A stretch of DNA of 64,000 bases from Candidatus Micrarchaeota archaeon (GCA_021811535.1 JAJZOF010000020.1:177077-241076); one strand, 5' to 3'; shown: positions 8,858 to 19,303, counted from the stretch's first letter. Program-made: numbers and translations. Notes: generated by a model from the sequence alone, not told the origin.

Positions 8858-10402
8858 ATGACTGCCAGGAAGGAAGATGTGAAAGATAAGCACTGGTCCG
8901 ACTTAATCGCAGAAGAAGTCATAAACAGGAAAAAAGCACCTTTTGTGATAAGCGGTGGCATGACCACCAGCGGACCTGCCCATTTTGGAACAGTCTGTGA
9001 GTTCCTCTACCCTTATGTGATAAAAGAGGCAATGAAGGCGAGTGGTGCTGAGGCAGAGTACGTGTTTGTTGGGGATATTTTAGACGCATTTGACAGCGTG
9101 CCGTTTGAGTTAAAAGAATATGGAGATAGGCTTAAGAGTGAGCTTGGAAAACCTCTTGTGCATGTAATTGACCCTCTGGGGTGCCATAAATCTTACGGTG
9201 AACATTATCTGGGTCAGGCAGAGGAGATAATGAAGGCCCTTAAGATAGAAGTAAGGCTGCTTAAGGCAAACGAGATGTATGAAAAAGGGGAGTTTGACAG
9301 GTTTGCAAGGATGTACCTTAGCAGGGAAGATAAGGTTAAGGAGGTTGTCGCTTCAAGCTCAAGGAAGCCAATAGAATCGATGAAGGGCTGGAGCCCTATT
9401 ATGCCGATATGTGAGAAGTGTGGCAAGATAGCGACAACCAGGGTAACATCGCATAGCGCGGATGAATATGAGTATGCATGTGATAGAAAGACGGCCTACA
9501 CGGAAGGGTGCGGCTATGTGGGAAGAAACAGAATAGAGGATCATAAGTATAAGCTGCAGTGGCGCCTGCATTGGCCTTCATGGCAGGTCATTTTTGGTAC
9601 AAGCATAGAGGGAGGCGGGGTTGACCATATGACAAAAGGCGGGAGCTGGGATACTGCATATGCGATACACACTAAAATACTTCAGAATGATCCCCCTGTG
9701 CCTTTTAAGTTTGGTTTTGTACTGATACACGGGCACAAATACTCTAAATCCAAAGGCATAGGAATGAGTGTCGCAGAGGTTCTTAGGCTTATTCCACCAG
9801 AGATGCTCAAGTATGTGCTGATAGAGCCAAATATCCAGCAGAATAAGGATATAGAAGCGGACGGAGAGTCGCTCCTCCTTCTATATAGTGAATTTGAGAG
9901 GCTGTCCATGATGAAGGTTCCGGAGAGCAGGGCTGACGAGAAGAAACTTAAGGCTTACTCTCTTTCAACATCTAAACGGCTGTGGGAAGCCAGATTTGTG
10001 GATGTGCTTCTCAACTTTCAGATATATAGAGACTGGGAAAAAGTTGGTACTATCCTGAAGGATCCGGACGGGGTCAGATATCTCTCCGGTTATATAAATG
10101 AATGGATAAAGCGCGGACATATGCCTGAGAAATATGACTTTTCTGTATCGAAATCCAAGGTAAGCAATAATAAGGAAGCCCTTACTGCATTATCCGAGAG
10201 GCTTGCGGAGAATATGAGTGAGGTTGACGTTCATAATCTAATATATTCGGTGGCTAGGGAGAAAGGAGTTGAGCCTAAGGATTTTTTCGCTACATTGTAC
10301 ATGGCACTGATAGGCAAAGAGAGCGGACCGCGGCTTGGAAAGCTAATATGTGCAATTGGTACAGAGAGAACCAGGGAGCTGATTGATTACGCAGTTTCCT
10401 AG
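8858..10402 (+). CDS. lysS: Lysine--tRNA ligase, class I
   Basis: HWSD...SGPAHFG (HIGH-like), CEKCGKI zinc knuckle, KLQWRLHWP, KYSKSKG (KMSKS-like), GPRLG. Confidence 0.95.
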   Translation: MTARKEDVKDKHWSDLIAEEVINRKKAPFVISGGMTTSGPAHFGTVCEFLYPYVIKEAMKASGAEAEYVFVGDILDAFDSVPFELKEYGDRLKSELGKPLVHVIDPLGCHKSYGEHYLGQAEEIMKALKIEVRLLKANEMYEKGEFDRFARMYLSREDKVKEVVASSSRKPIESMKGWSPIMPICEKCGKIATTRVTSHSADEYEYACDRKTAYTEGCGYVGRNRIEDHKYKLQWRLHWPSWQVIFGTSIEGGGVDHMTKGGSWDTAYAIHTKILQNDPPVPFKFGFVLIHGHKYSKSKGIGMSVAEVLRLIPPEMLKYVLIEPNIQQNKDIEADGESLLLLYSEFERLSMMKVPESRADEKKLKAYSLSTSKRLWEARFVDVLLNFQIYRDWEKVGTILKDPDGVRYLSGYINEWIKRGHMPEKYDFSVSKSKVSNNKEALTALSERLAENMSEVDVHNLIYSVAREKGVEPKDFFATLYMALIGKESGPRLGKLICAIGTERTRELIDYAVS

Positions 10403-10404
10403 AT

Positions 10405-10653
10405 TCACAGCTCTTTGATCTTTGCACAGGCCTTTGCCAGCTCTGAACTTGATTTCTTCAGATGCGCATTTATATCCTCGAGCTCATCTATTATGCCTTC
10501 GGATATGTCAGTCTTGGTGTGTCCTGCTACTTTCTTACTTATTCCGTAGAACCTGCCTTGCAATGCTGCGAGGGAGGCGTTTGCCTTGAATATCTCTTCT
10601 GCAACTTTTGAGATATCCTTGTTGCTCAAGCGTTTCTTTTTTGATTTTGCCAT
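10405..10653 (-). CDS. Small basic coiled-coil hypothetical protein
   Basis: 82-aa ORF with GAGG-flanked start, convergent on lysS. Confidence 0.6.
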   Translation of the reverse strand: MAKSKKKRLSNKDISKVAEEIFKANASLAALQGRFYGISKKVAGHTKTDISEGIIDELEDINAHLKKSSSELAKACAKIKEL

Positions 10654-10819
10654 AGAGGTTTGTCTATATTAGTATTTTTATGCCTTGTGTATCGGAATCT
10701 GCGCATGCGATGCCGCCTGATTTTTGGCTTATGGAATATGAGGAACGACAGCAAAAGTTATATAAACCTCTGCTACATATAAGATTTGCTCAAATAATTA
10801 GCTATACTTATGTGATTTA

Positions 10820-11377
10820 TTGGCTCAGGAAGAGAATACTGGACAACATGCTGGGAAGGAACAGCACAAGGAGGAGGCAGGGATAATAAGGCTTCTGGGA
10901 AAGGACATAAAGGGGAATTACGATATAGAGCACTCGCTTATGCAGATTAAGGGCATCGGCCATAATCTTGCAAGGGCGCTCTCGGTTGCTATCGAAGAGA
11001 AGGAGGGCATAAAGGCCAGCGAGAGAATAGGCACGCTTGAGGAAAGCAAGCTCTCAATTATAGAAAAAATAGTCAAGAACCCTAAAGAGTACGGAGTGCC
11101 GGTATTTCTGCTCAACAGAAGAGCCGACATCGGCACTGGGGAGGACATGCAGCTTGTAGGCACTGATCTTATAGTAAGGTCAAAGCAAGATATAGATGCT
11201 GACGTAAAGATACAAAACTGGCGCGGCTTCAGGCATAAGTATGGACAGAAGGTTCGCGGACAGAAGACGAGCAATACTGGAAGGACAGGCTCTGCAGTAG
11301 GAGTTACGAAGAAAGCAGCTAAGGAGGCTGCAAAGCCGCAGAAAGCCGGAGCGTCTGGCGGCGCGGCAGCCAAGTAA
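10820..11377 (+). CDS. rps13: 30S ribosomal protein S13
   Basis: IKGIG, WRGFRHKYGQKVRGQKT..TGRTG. Confidence 0.96.
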   Translation: MAQEENTGQHAGKEQHKEEAGIIRLLGKDIKGNYDIEHSLMQIKGIGHNLARALSVAIEEKEGIKASERIGTLEESKLSIIEKIVKNPKEYGVPVFLLNRRADIGTGEDMQLVGTDLIVRSKQDIDADVKIQNWRGFRHKYGQKVRGQKTSNTGRTGSAVGVTKKAAKEAAKPQKAGASGGAAAK

Positions 11378-11388
11378 ATGGTGTTTAA

Positions 11389-11922
11389 ATGGGAGCTCCT
11401 AAAAGAACAAGGAAGAAGTACCAGAAATCAAAACTAATGTGGAATAAGAACAGGATTGAGGAAGAGCATGAGCTCAAAGAGCGATACGGGCTCAAGAACC
11501 TCAGGGAGCTATGGAGAGTAAATACAGAGGTAAGCAGGATAAGGATGAATATAAGGGAGGTGCTTGCTGGAAGGGCAAAGAGGGAGACAGGAGACGACAT
11601 AGTCAGGAGGCTTGTAAAATATGGAGTCGTACCTTCTGATGCTGGGATTGATGATTTATTGCTTATAAAGTCAAATGCTTTTTTGGACAGGAGGCTCCAG
11701 TCTGTTGTTTTCAGGGCCGGGCTCGCCAGGAGCATTAAGCAGGCAAGGCAGATAATAGTTCATGGATTTATAGCAGTAGACGGACAGAAGGTGAGCTCAC
11801 CTGGCTATCTGGTGCCTGTAGATGCAGAGAAGAAGGTAGGTTATTACAGGCCGATAGACCTTGAGCCGAAGGTTAAGGAAGGAGTGCGGCAGGAGGCTGC
11901 AAAGCCTGCAGAGAACAATTGA
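11389..11922 (+). CDS. rps4: 30S ribosomal protein S4
   Basis: YGLKNLRELWR, LDRRLQSVVFRAGLARSIKQARQIIVHG. Confidence 0.96.
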   Translation: MGAPKRTRKKYQKSKLMWNKNRIEEEHELKERYGLKNLRELWRVNTEVSRIRMNIREVLAGRAKRETGDDIVRRLVKYGVVPSDAGIDDLLLIKSNAFLDRRLQSVVFRAGLARSIKQARQIIVHGFIAVDGQKVSSPGYLVPVDAEKKVGYYRPIDLEPKVKEGVRQEAAKPAENN

Positions 11923-11933
11923 TGTGATGATTC

Positions 11934-12449
11934 ATGGCTGACCAGAAAAAAAAGAAGAAAGCCGCGGAGAAGCAGCAGAATGTACAGCAGAAGGAGGCCA
12001 GCAAGAAAAGGGACATATCATACGAAGCTGCAGTTACAGAGGCGCAGGAAAAATATAAGCAGAAGGGTATAAGGTGGGGAGTGGCACACATATACTCATC
12101 AAAAAACAACACAATAATCACGCTTACCGATCTTTCGGGATCAGAGACGCTTGCTACTGGCAGCGGCGGTATGGTCGTGGATGCCGATCATGAGGAAGGC
12201 TCGCCGCATGCGGCTATGCAGGCGGCGTATAAGGTCGCGGCGGTAGCTATAGAGAAGAATATTACAAATATCAACATAAAGATAAGGGCGCCTGGAGGAC
12301 ACGGGTCAAAAGTGCCCGGCTCTGGAGCGCAGTCAGTCGTAAGGGCCCTCTCAAGGAGCGGCCTTAAGATAGGAAGCATAGAGGACGTCACACCTATACC
12401 TACAGACACCACTAAGAGGCCCGGAGGGAGAAGGGGGCGCAGAGTCTAG
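11934..12449 (+). CDS. rps11: 30S ribosomal protein S11 (Lys-rich N-terminal extension)
   Basis: [31 protein letters not shown]. Confidence 0.96.
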   Translation: MADQKKKKKAAEKQQNVQQKEASKKRDISYEAAVTEAQEKYKQKGIRWGVAHIYSSKNNTIITLTDLSGSETLATGSGGMVVDADHEEGSPHAAMQAAYKVAAVAIEKNITNINIKIRAPGGHGSKVPGSGAQSVVRALSRSGLKIGSIEDVTPIPTDTTKRPGGRRGRRV

Positions 12450-12504
12450 CGTTGTCCTTATCTATAAATTTTTATTGCTTTAGAGCGTATTCTTAGTGTA
12501 TCCT

Positions 12505-13461
12505 ATGTCGAATCTTGATATACACTGGGCTGAAAAGTACCGCCCTTCGCGGCTTGATGAGGTTATAGGCCAGAAGGTTATCATAAGCAGACTTCAGGCA
12601 TTCGTGAAGTCGGGGGGTTTTCCAAGCATGATATTTGCCGGACCTGCAGGCGTAGGAAAGACCACCTCTGCGATAGCGATGGCTAACGAACTTTACAGGG
12701 ACCAGTTCTCGGAAGCGTTCCTGGAGCTTAATGCTAGCGATTCGAGGGGTATAGATGTGATAAGAGGGCGTGTGAAGGAGTTCGCCAGGACGCTGCCCCT
12801 ATCCAAAGGTAACATAAAGATAATATTTCTTGATGAAGCTGATGCCCTTACTTCTGAAGCTCAGCATGCTCTGCGCAGGACAATGGAGAAGTATTCGGCT
12901 TCTACACGGTTCATACTCAGTGCGAACTACGCAAGCAAGATAATAGAGCCCATACAGAGTCGTTGCGTGGTCCTTAGGTTTAAGCCGCTTAATGAAGAGG
13001 AGATAAACAGCTATGTTGACAGAATAGCTGCGGGGGAGAATCTTAGGATAGATGCAAAGGCGAGGGAGGCGCTCGTTTATGTAAGCGACGGTGACCTGAG
13101 GCGTCTCTCGAATGTGATGCAGAGTGCCGCTGTGATAAGCAAGGAGATAACTGAAAAGGAGGTATATGAGATATCAGCAAGGGCAAGGCCGAAGGAAGTT
13201 GTTGCTATGTTAAACTGTGCGTCTAAAGGGGATTTCAACGGCGCGAGGAAGGAACTCCTGGTGCTGTTGCTTAGTTATGGGATGAGTGGAGAAGATGTCC
13301 TTATACAGGCACACAGGGAAGCGTTGAGGATGGATCTTCCAGATGCTAAAAAACTTGACGTGATAAAAGAGATAGGAGAGTGCAATTTCAGGATAGTGCA
13401 GGGTGCAAACGAAAGGATACAGCTTGAGGCTATGCTGGCAAACATGGCAAGCAGGGCGTAA
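12505..13461 (+). CDS. rfcS: Replication factor C small subunit
   Basis: WAEKYRP, GPAGVGKT, LELNASD, DEAD, IQSRC. Confidence 0.96.
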   Translation: MSNLDIHWAEKYRPSRLDEVIGQKVIISRLQAFVKSGGFPSMIFAGPAGVGKTTSAIAMANELYRDQFSEAFLELNASDSRGIDVIRGRVKEFARTLPLSKGNIKIIFLDEADALTSEAQHALRRTMEKYSASTRFILSANYASKIIEPIQSRCVVLRFKPLNEEEINSYVDRIAAGENLRIDAKAREALVYVSDGDLRRLSNVMQSAAVISKEITEKEVYEISARARPKEVVAMLNCASKGDFNGARKELLVLLLSYGMSGEDVLIQAHREALRMDLPDAKKLDVIKEIGECNFRIVQGANERIQLEAMLANMASRA

Positions 13462-13533
13462 CCGCTTCTTATTCTATTGTATACGTAATGTATGCACAAA
13501 TTATAATAAAGGCAAGGATTAATCATAATACGA

Positions 13534-13608
13534 AGCGAGGTAGGGTAGCCTGGAGTGCCCGCCGGGCTCATAACCCGGAGATCGGTGGTTCAAATCCACC
13601 CCTCGCTA
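13534..13608 (+). tRNA. Initiator tRNA-Met(CAU)
   Basis: A1-U72 pair, three G-C pairs in the anticodon stem (CCGGG-CTCATAA-CCCGG), GTTCAAATC T-loop. Confidence 0.95.
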
Positions 13609-13732
13609 GATAGGGAGTATGTTTCCACTATTCGTGCGGCTATATGTATATATGTAAGTAAGTAACATTACAAAAAAATAATAAATCAACAAAAATAAGA
13701 AAAATAATAGCGGAAAACAACCGGTGTTAAGT

Positions 13733-14212
13733 ATGGAAAGGGACATCCAGCCTGATGAGATATTCAATATAATAAAAACAGAGGCAAGGCATGGCGAGAT
13801 GACAGAGCTTGCTCCTGATTTTTACACAAAACTCAGGAAAAAGATTGAAGACCTAAAAAATACTGAAGACGAAACCAACACAAGCACGGCTGAAAATCTT
13901 GAGAAAGCCGAGAAGACGCTGAAGACCAAGCGCATGCAAAAGATATTAATATATCTTGCGTACAATAAACAACTGCCTGCTCGTGTTCCAGAAGAAGAAA
14001 GGAGCACATATGAGCATATAAAACAGATAATAAATGAAACATCTTCGTTATCAAAGACAACAAAGGTAAAGATAACAACAAGGACACCTGAGATAATAAA
14101 TCAGGAAGGCAAAAAAATAGGGCCATTCGAGCAGAATCAGGTGGTGGAGCTCGATAAAGACTCTGACATAAATTTTATAATCAGCAATAAAATAGGAGTA
14201 ATAATAAACTGA
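13733..14212 (+). CDS. DNA replication complex GINS subunit (Gins51/Gins15-like)
   Basis: LxxDFY, KRMQKI, EER helical A domain plus C-terminal IGPF B domain; canonical position before rpl44e. Confidence 0.8.
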   Translation: MERDIQPDEIFNIIKTEARHGEMTELAPDFYTKLRKKIEDLKNTEDETNTSTAENLEKAEKTLKTKRMQKILIYLAYNKQLPARVPEEERSTYEHIKQIINETSSLSKTTKVKITTRTPEIINQEGKKIGPFEQNQVVELDKDSDINFIISNKIGVIIN

Positions 14213-14223
14213 GGATTGAAACG

Positions 14224-14505
14224 ATGAAAATAAAAAAGGAGATAATGTCGTACTGTAGGTTCTGCAAAAAACATACAAAGCATACAGTAAGAATGTATTC
14301 AAAGAAAGCGCAGTCTCAGCTTAGCGTAGGAACAAGGAGACACGATAGGGCAATCCGAGGTTATGTAGGCAGCGTAGAACCAAAAATACATCCGAAAAAA
14401 CTTGGAAAAAGGCAGAAAGTCATGGTCGAATGTTCAGCCTGCAAGAAATCTTCGGAGAGAGTATTCGGCAAGAGGACTAAAAAGAAGATAGAAATAAGCA
14501 GATGA
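14224..14505 (+). CDS. rpl44e: 50S ribosomal protein L44e
   Basis: YCRFCKKHTKH and CSACKK zinc ribbon. Confidence 0.93.
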   Translation: MKIKKEIMSYCRFCKKHTKHTVRMYSKKAQSQLSVGTRRHDRAIRGYVGSVEPKIHPKKLGKRQKVMVECSACKKSSERVFGKRTKKKIEISR

Positions 14506-14517
14506 GCGCTGAGATTG

Positions 14518-15291
14518 ATGATAGTAAAAAAAGAGATGCCAAATCCTGGGGAATTCGTCCTTATCAAGATAAGCAAGATAGCCCCGCACGGCGCATACTG
14601 CAAGCTCATCGAATATGATCTCGAAGCCTATCTGCCAATAGCAGAGGTCTCGTCCGGCTGGATAAAGAACATACACGAGTTTATAAAAGAAGGTCAGCAG
14701 GACGTCGCCAAAGTAATATACCTGGACAAGGACAAGCGCACCATAGACATATCCTTAAAGAAGGTTAGCACAAAGGAAAAGAAAGACAAAATAACCGAGT
14801 ACAGCCTAGAGAAGCGTGCAGAAGGAATATTCGCACAGGCAGCGTCCTCGCAAGAGGAGCGCGCCGAAGCCGCAGCACGCGCTGCCACCCAATTCTCAAC
14901 ATACTATGACCTTATCGAAACGGTTTTCAGCAAAAAGAACAGCTTAGAGATATTTCCAAATAAAGAGTTTGCAAGGAGGCTCCAGGAGATAGTCGACAAG
15001 ACAATAAAACCAAAGAAGTACACCGTATCATACGATACAACAATAAGCACTACAGATACAAAAGAAGGGATAAAGATAATAAAGAAGGCACTCGGAGAAG
15101 TCGAAGAAAGCGGGGTCGAGGTATTGTATGTCGGCGCACCAAAGTACCGCCTTACAGCCACAGGCCCAAGCTATATAGATGCGGAAAGCAAGATAAAAGG
15201 GGCCGAGAAGATAATTTCCAGGTACAGGCAGGTAAATTTTGTCGTAAAAACGCAGGTAGAGGTAAATGGAAAAGACAAAAATATACTATAA
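14518..15291 (+). CDS. eif2a: Translation initiation factor aIF2 subunit alpha
   Basis: S1 domain (PxxGEFV, EVSSGWIKNI, IDISLK) and YVGAPKYR. Confidence 0.95.
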   Translation: MIVKKEMPNPGEFVLIKISKIAPHGAYCKLIEYDLEAYLPIAEVSSGWIKNIHEFIKEGQQDVAKVIYLDKDKRTIDISLKKVSTKEKKDKITEYSLEKRAEGIFAQAASSQEERAEAAARAATQFSTYYDLIETVFSKKNSLEIFPNKEFARRLQEIVDKTIKPKKYTVSYDTTISTTDTKEGIKIIKKALGEVEESGVEVLYVGAPKYRLTATGPSYIDAESKIKGAEKIISRYRQVNFVVKTQVEVNGKDKNIL

Positions 15292-16030
15292 AAAAAATAT
15301 TAAGCTGAACAAGCCGATATTGCTCGTAGGCCTGCCAGGTATAGGCAACGTAGGAAGCCTGGTCGGAGAGCATCTCAAAAATGAACTCAAGGCAAAGAGG
15401 TTCGCAACCCTGTACTCCCCGCATTTCATGCACCAGACAGTCATGCTCAAGAAAGGCGGCTTCAGGCTGATAAGCAACAGATTCTACGTCACAACAAATG
15501 ACGAAGGAAGGAGCATAATAATACTGATCGGGGACACACAGGCAGGAAGCCCTGAAGGGCAATATGAGGTCAACGATAAGATAGTAAGGTTCTTCAAGAA
15601 GATAGGGGGCAGGGAGATATACACTATAGGTGGATACAGCGCAGGCACAGGATATATAGACCATCCAAAAGTATTCGGGGTTGCATCTGAGAAGAAGGCC
15701 CGGGAAACGCTCGCCAAGAATGGCGTGGTCATAGGCAAGGCCGCAGGAACCATATGGGGCTCCGCAGGGCTGCTGCTTGTATTTGGCAAGAAGAACAAGA
15801 TACCATCAGCATGCCTTATGGGCGAGACTGGGATGCTCGAGATAGATGCCAATGCAGCCAAATCAGTCCTCGAAGTGCTGATGAAGATAATAAAGGTAAA
15901 CGTAAACCTGGAAAACATAAACAAGATAAGGAAGGAGACAGAGAAGATAATAAAGGAAATAAACGATGCAGCTTCAGGAAACACGGATCAGTATCAGCAG
16001 GACAGGGCAAAGCTTACCTACATAAGATAG
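15266..16030 (+). CDS. Proteasome assembly chaperone PAC2 family
   Basis: GLPGIGNVG, GDTQ, IYTIGGY, CLMGET, C-terminal YIR. Confidence 0.9.
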   Translation: MEKTKIYYKKNIKLNKPILLVGLPGIGNVGSLVGEHLKNELKAKRFATLYSPHFMHQTVMLKKGGFRLISNRFYVTTNDEGRSIIILIGDTQAGSPEGQYEVNDKIVRFFKKIGGREIYTIGGYSAGTGYIDHPKVFGVASEKKARETLAKNGVVIGKAAGTIWGSAGLLLVFGKKNKIPSACLMGETGMLEIDANAAKSVLEVLMKIIKVNVNLENINKIRKETEKIIKEINDAASGNTDQYQQDRAKLTYIR

Positions 16031-16047
16031 CCGGACAGAAACGCGCC

Positions 16048-16135
16048 GCGCCAGTAATCCAGCCTGGTAGGATATCAGCTTCCCATTCAATAGAAGAAAA
16101 AGCTGAAAACCCGGGTTCAAATCCCGGCTGGCGCA
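16048..16135 (+). tRNA. tRNA-Gly(CCC) with 15-nt intron at 37/38 (16086-16100)
   Basis: GCGCCAG/CTGGCGC acceptor stem, TCAGC-TTCCCA[intron]A-GCTGA, GTTCAAATC. Confidence 0.9.
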
Positions 16136-16215
16136 CATATACAACGCCTGCTACACATTACCAAGCAGCATACCCCATCGCCTATAAACAGCGAGGGATT
16201 CACTGCACTGTGAAA

Positions 16216-16716
16216 TCAAGCCTCCGAGTCAATATCAATCGGCTCAGGATTATCTGGCGAGGCAAAAGTGTGGTTCACCACAATACCGGCCTCTCCTGCA
16301 GCGGCAAACTCGTCTTTTGCTCCTGCAGAATGCTCCCAGCGCGGGGTCATAAATATCTCTGCGACATAGCCACTCTTCAGTATATTCTTCCAGAAGGCAT
16401 ACCATTCATGCTCTTCAATCCCGTCGAACTTGTCATACGATTCATTATGGAAGATATCCGCTGCAGAGAACACAGGGAAGTCGACAGCCTCCCGTATTCT
16501 TGACGTGTTCCTCTTCAGCAATGCTATATTCCTGTCAATATGCTCCTTCCCGTCAGATGTTATGATGCCTGATACATACCCAACCTTTACCCTACCTCCG
16601 GAAGAGATATCATTAAGTAGTGCAATAAGCTCCCTGCCCACTCCCGAAAGATCATTATTTTTTCTGGAAACCTCGCTAAGTCTCCCAAGGAAATACGCTT
16701 TGTCATAGCTTTCCAT
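16216..16716 (-). CDS. DUF4406/DUF1937-like NDT-fold hypothetical protein
   Basis: YVSGIIT...IFMTPRWEHSAGAKDE pattern (WxxSxGAxxE). Confidence 0.6.
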   Translation of the reverse strand: MESYDKAYFLGRLSEVSRKNNDLSGVGRELIALLNDISSGGRVKVGYVSGIITSDGKEHIDRNIALLKRNTSRIREAVDFPVFSAADIFHNESYDKFDGIEEHEWYAFWKNILKSGYVAEIFMTPRWEHSAGAKDEFAAAGEAGIVVNHTFASPDNPEPIDIDSEA

Positions 16717-16728
16717 AAAAAAAGTTCT

Positions 16729-17379
16729 CTATAGCAAAATTAAAAAGAGTAGTGCTACGCAGAATGCTGCGCATGCACAGCCAAAGTTTGAGGTATACTT
16801 ATTCCCGTATCCTTTTTCCTCAAAGTATCCCAAGGCGGAATCCGCCACACCGCCTATCCATCCGGATATCACAACTACAGCTACGGCAAAGGCACCGCCG
16901 GCATTGAAGGCCGTTAAAGCGATAACCATGGCCCCAATAAAGCTTGCCGTAAGCCCGTACAGAGTCACGCCTCCTGAAGTCCCAACCTTTACCCTTTTCA
17001 GGGTAAGCATCATAACTGGGCGCGGCCCAAGCGTACCAATCTCGCTTGCAAACTTGTCTGCCGTTATGCCAGCGACCACTGCCGCATACACCACAAGTGC
17101 CGCAGGGCCCCTTATAATGCCTACAGCAGATAAAACAACAACTATCAATGGCATAAGCCCATTAGCAGCCACATTCTTCCATGTCCTCCTGCTCTCGTAG
17201 ACGCCCCTGCGCTTCTTTACTTTCTTTCCGAAATTGGTAACAAGGGATGAGAGAAGCAGGAAGATCACAAGCACAGCGAGATAATAACCTCCATTTCCCG
17301 TCCCAAGAATGAATATCAGCACTCCAAGAGCCGCAGCAAGGGCCAGACCATAGTAATCCAGAGTAAGAAGAGTCCTCAT
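16729..17379 (-). CDS. DUF92/TMEM19 family membrane protein
   Basis: RTWKNVAANG, ADKFASEIG, GTSGGVT, DSALG motifs. Confidence 0.9.
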   Translation of the reverse strand: MRTLLTLDYYGLALAAALGVLIFILGTGNGGYYLAVLVIFLLLSSLVTNFGKKVKKRRGVYESRRTWKNVAANGLMPLIVVVLSAVGIIRGPAALVVYAAVVAGITADKFASEIGTLGPRPVMMLTLKRVKVGTSGGVTLYGLTASFIGAMVIALTAFNAGGAFAVAVVVISGWIGGVADSALGYFEEKGYGNKYTSNFGCACAAFCVALLFLILL

Positions 17380-17568
17380 ATGAATTCCACTATTAAGAAA
17401 CATTTTTAAATATAGGTGTATTATATAGTAACAACTAGTTTTTAGCGTGGGAAGACTAAAACTGGTCGCCTTGCCAGCAAACCTTAGGGTTTGCTGGCCT
17501 ATTTCTATAAAATTATATCCTCTCACATGATTAAATATATTTGTACTGAAAATCCAACATGTGATCCG

Positions 17569-18447
17569 ATGGAACTTAACAACCCCATGCCAAAATACAA
17601 CCTATTCGGGGTGGAAAACCCTGAATATTCAGAAGCCCAGGTAGTCGTCCTTCCGGTTCCTTATGACTCTACGACAACGTACAAATCCGGTGCCAGGGAC
17701 GGCCCGCATGAGATAATAAGCGCAAGCAGGAACATGGAAACGTATAGTGAAGAGTTCGGATGCGACATAACCGAGAAGATAAGGATCTTCACTACTGACG
17801 AGCTAGCCCCTAACCTCAATTCCCCAGAAGAGACTGTAAGGTCGATAGAGGAGGAAGTGTCAAAGATACTGAAAGACGGAAAGATGCCCGTGCTCCTTGG
17901 GGGTGAACATACAGTAGCGGTAGGTGCTATATATGCGGTATCAAAACACATGAAGGATTTTAGCGTAATACACTTCGATGCACACTCGGATTACAGGGAC
18001 GAATACATGGGCAGCAAATACTGTCACGCATGCATAATGGCAAGGGCGAGGGAGAGATGTGATAGCTGCTTCAGCGTAGGCGTGAGGAGCATAGACGAGA
18101 CAAGCGCAACAAAATACGGCAAGGACATACTTTACAGAAAAGACATGCACAACATGACCATAAAAGAAGTGTCCGAAGAGATAATCAGAAGAACAAGGAA
18201 GAATGTCTATATAACCATAGATACGGATGTGATAGACCCATCGCAACTGCCCAGTACAGGCACCCCGGAACCAGACGGATTAAGCTTCTTTGAGCTCACC
18301 CAGATACTAAAGAGCGTTATAATCGAAAAGCACCTTGTAGGGATAGACTTCAACGAGTTGGCTCCAATAGGGGGACTGACAGCCCCGAATTATCTGGTAG
18401 CAAAACTGGTGTACATGGCCCTGGGTTACGCATTCATAAAGAACTAG
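17569..18447 (+). CDS. speB: Agmatinase (ureohydrolase)
   Basis: GGEH, DAHSD, DTDVIDP, TGTPEPDG. Confidence 0.93.
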   Translation: MELNNPMPKYNLFGVENPEYSEAQVVVLPVPYDSTTTYKSGARDGPHEIISASRNMETYSEEFGCDITEKIRIFTTDELAPNLNSPEETVRSIEEEVSKILKDGKMPVLLGGEHTVAVGAIYAVSKHMKDFSVIHFDAHSDYRDEYMGSKYCHACIMARARERCDSCFSVGVRSIDETSATKYGKDILYRKDMHNMTIKEVSEEIIRRTRKNVYITIDTDVIDPSQLPSTGTPEPDGLSFFELTQILKSVIIEKHLVGIDFNELAPIGGLTAPNYLVAKLVYMALGYAFIKN

Positions 18448-18454
18448 GGATCCA

Positions 18455-19303
18455 TTACGGATGAAGACCCGGGGTCTTATTGTACATCGAGAAAAGTGCC
18501 AGATGCTCATCAGGGTTGTAATACTTTAGCCTGCCGTCCAGACCTGCTATCCTCTTTGATATCTCGGTTGGGCTTATGGCCTTCGGGTCCCTGTCCTTGG
18601 AAGCAAGGATAAGGGTGAAGACCATGCTGAATCCAGGCATGTAGAAATTCATGGCTCTTACCACTGGAAAAACCTTTTTCAGGTAAACAGGCATCTGTGA
18701 GTAATCCCAGCCATTTTTCTTCAGGTCCCATCCAAGCGTCACATACACGCCGTCTTTAGTCAGGCTCCTGCTTATCTGCCTTGCAAACTCTTCGCTGTAA
18801 ACTTCTGTTGCTATTGACACCTGGTAAGGGTCTATAAGATCCCCAAATATCACATCATACTTGGTCTTTGTCTTATGTACAAAATCTATCGCATCACCTA
18901 TGACAAGGTTGACACGCTTATCCTTGCGCTTCAATGCATACGGAAGATATTTTCTGCATAAATCAACCACCTCGCCGTCTATCTCGACCCAATCAATTGA
19001 TACATCCTTATATCTAAGGAGTTCGCTTGCTGTAGTCCCCTCTCCGCCTCCGAGGATCAGCGCCTTCTTCGGGTTCCGTACAGTAATCATGGAAGAATGG
19101 ACAAGCACCTCATGATACACATGGCAGTCTATCTCCGAAGACTGTATTACGTTGTCAAGGGCAAGGAATGTCCCTATCGTTGGGCTTCGCGCTATCAGAA
19201 CATTCTGAAATTTAGTCCTGCCAAAATGAAATACCTTGTCTACCTCCCTTACAGTAGAAGATCCATAAGGTGTGGTCTCGCTGAAAAGCAATCCTCCTCT
19301 CAT
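18455..19303 (-). CDS. speE: Polyamine aminopropyltransferase
   Basis: YHEVLVH, LILGGGEG, VEIDGEV, DLIDP. Confidence 0.92.
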   Translation of the reverse strand: MRGGLLFSETTPYGSSTVREVDKVFHFGRTKFQNVLIARSPTIGTFLALDNVIQSSEIDCHVYHEVLVHSSMITVRNPKKALILGGGEGTTASELLRYKDVSIDWVEIDGEVVDLCRKYLPYALKRKDKRVNLVIGDAIDFVHKTKTKYDVIFGDLIDPYQVSIATEVYSEEFARQISRSLTKDGVYVTLGWDLKKNGWDYSQMPVYLKKVFPVVRAMNFYMPGFSMVFTLILASKDRDPKAISPTEISKRIAGLDGRLKYYNPDEHLALFSMYNKTPGLHP

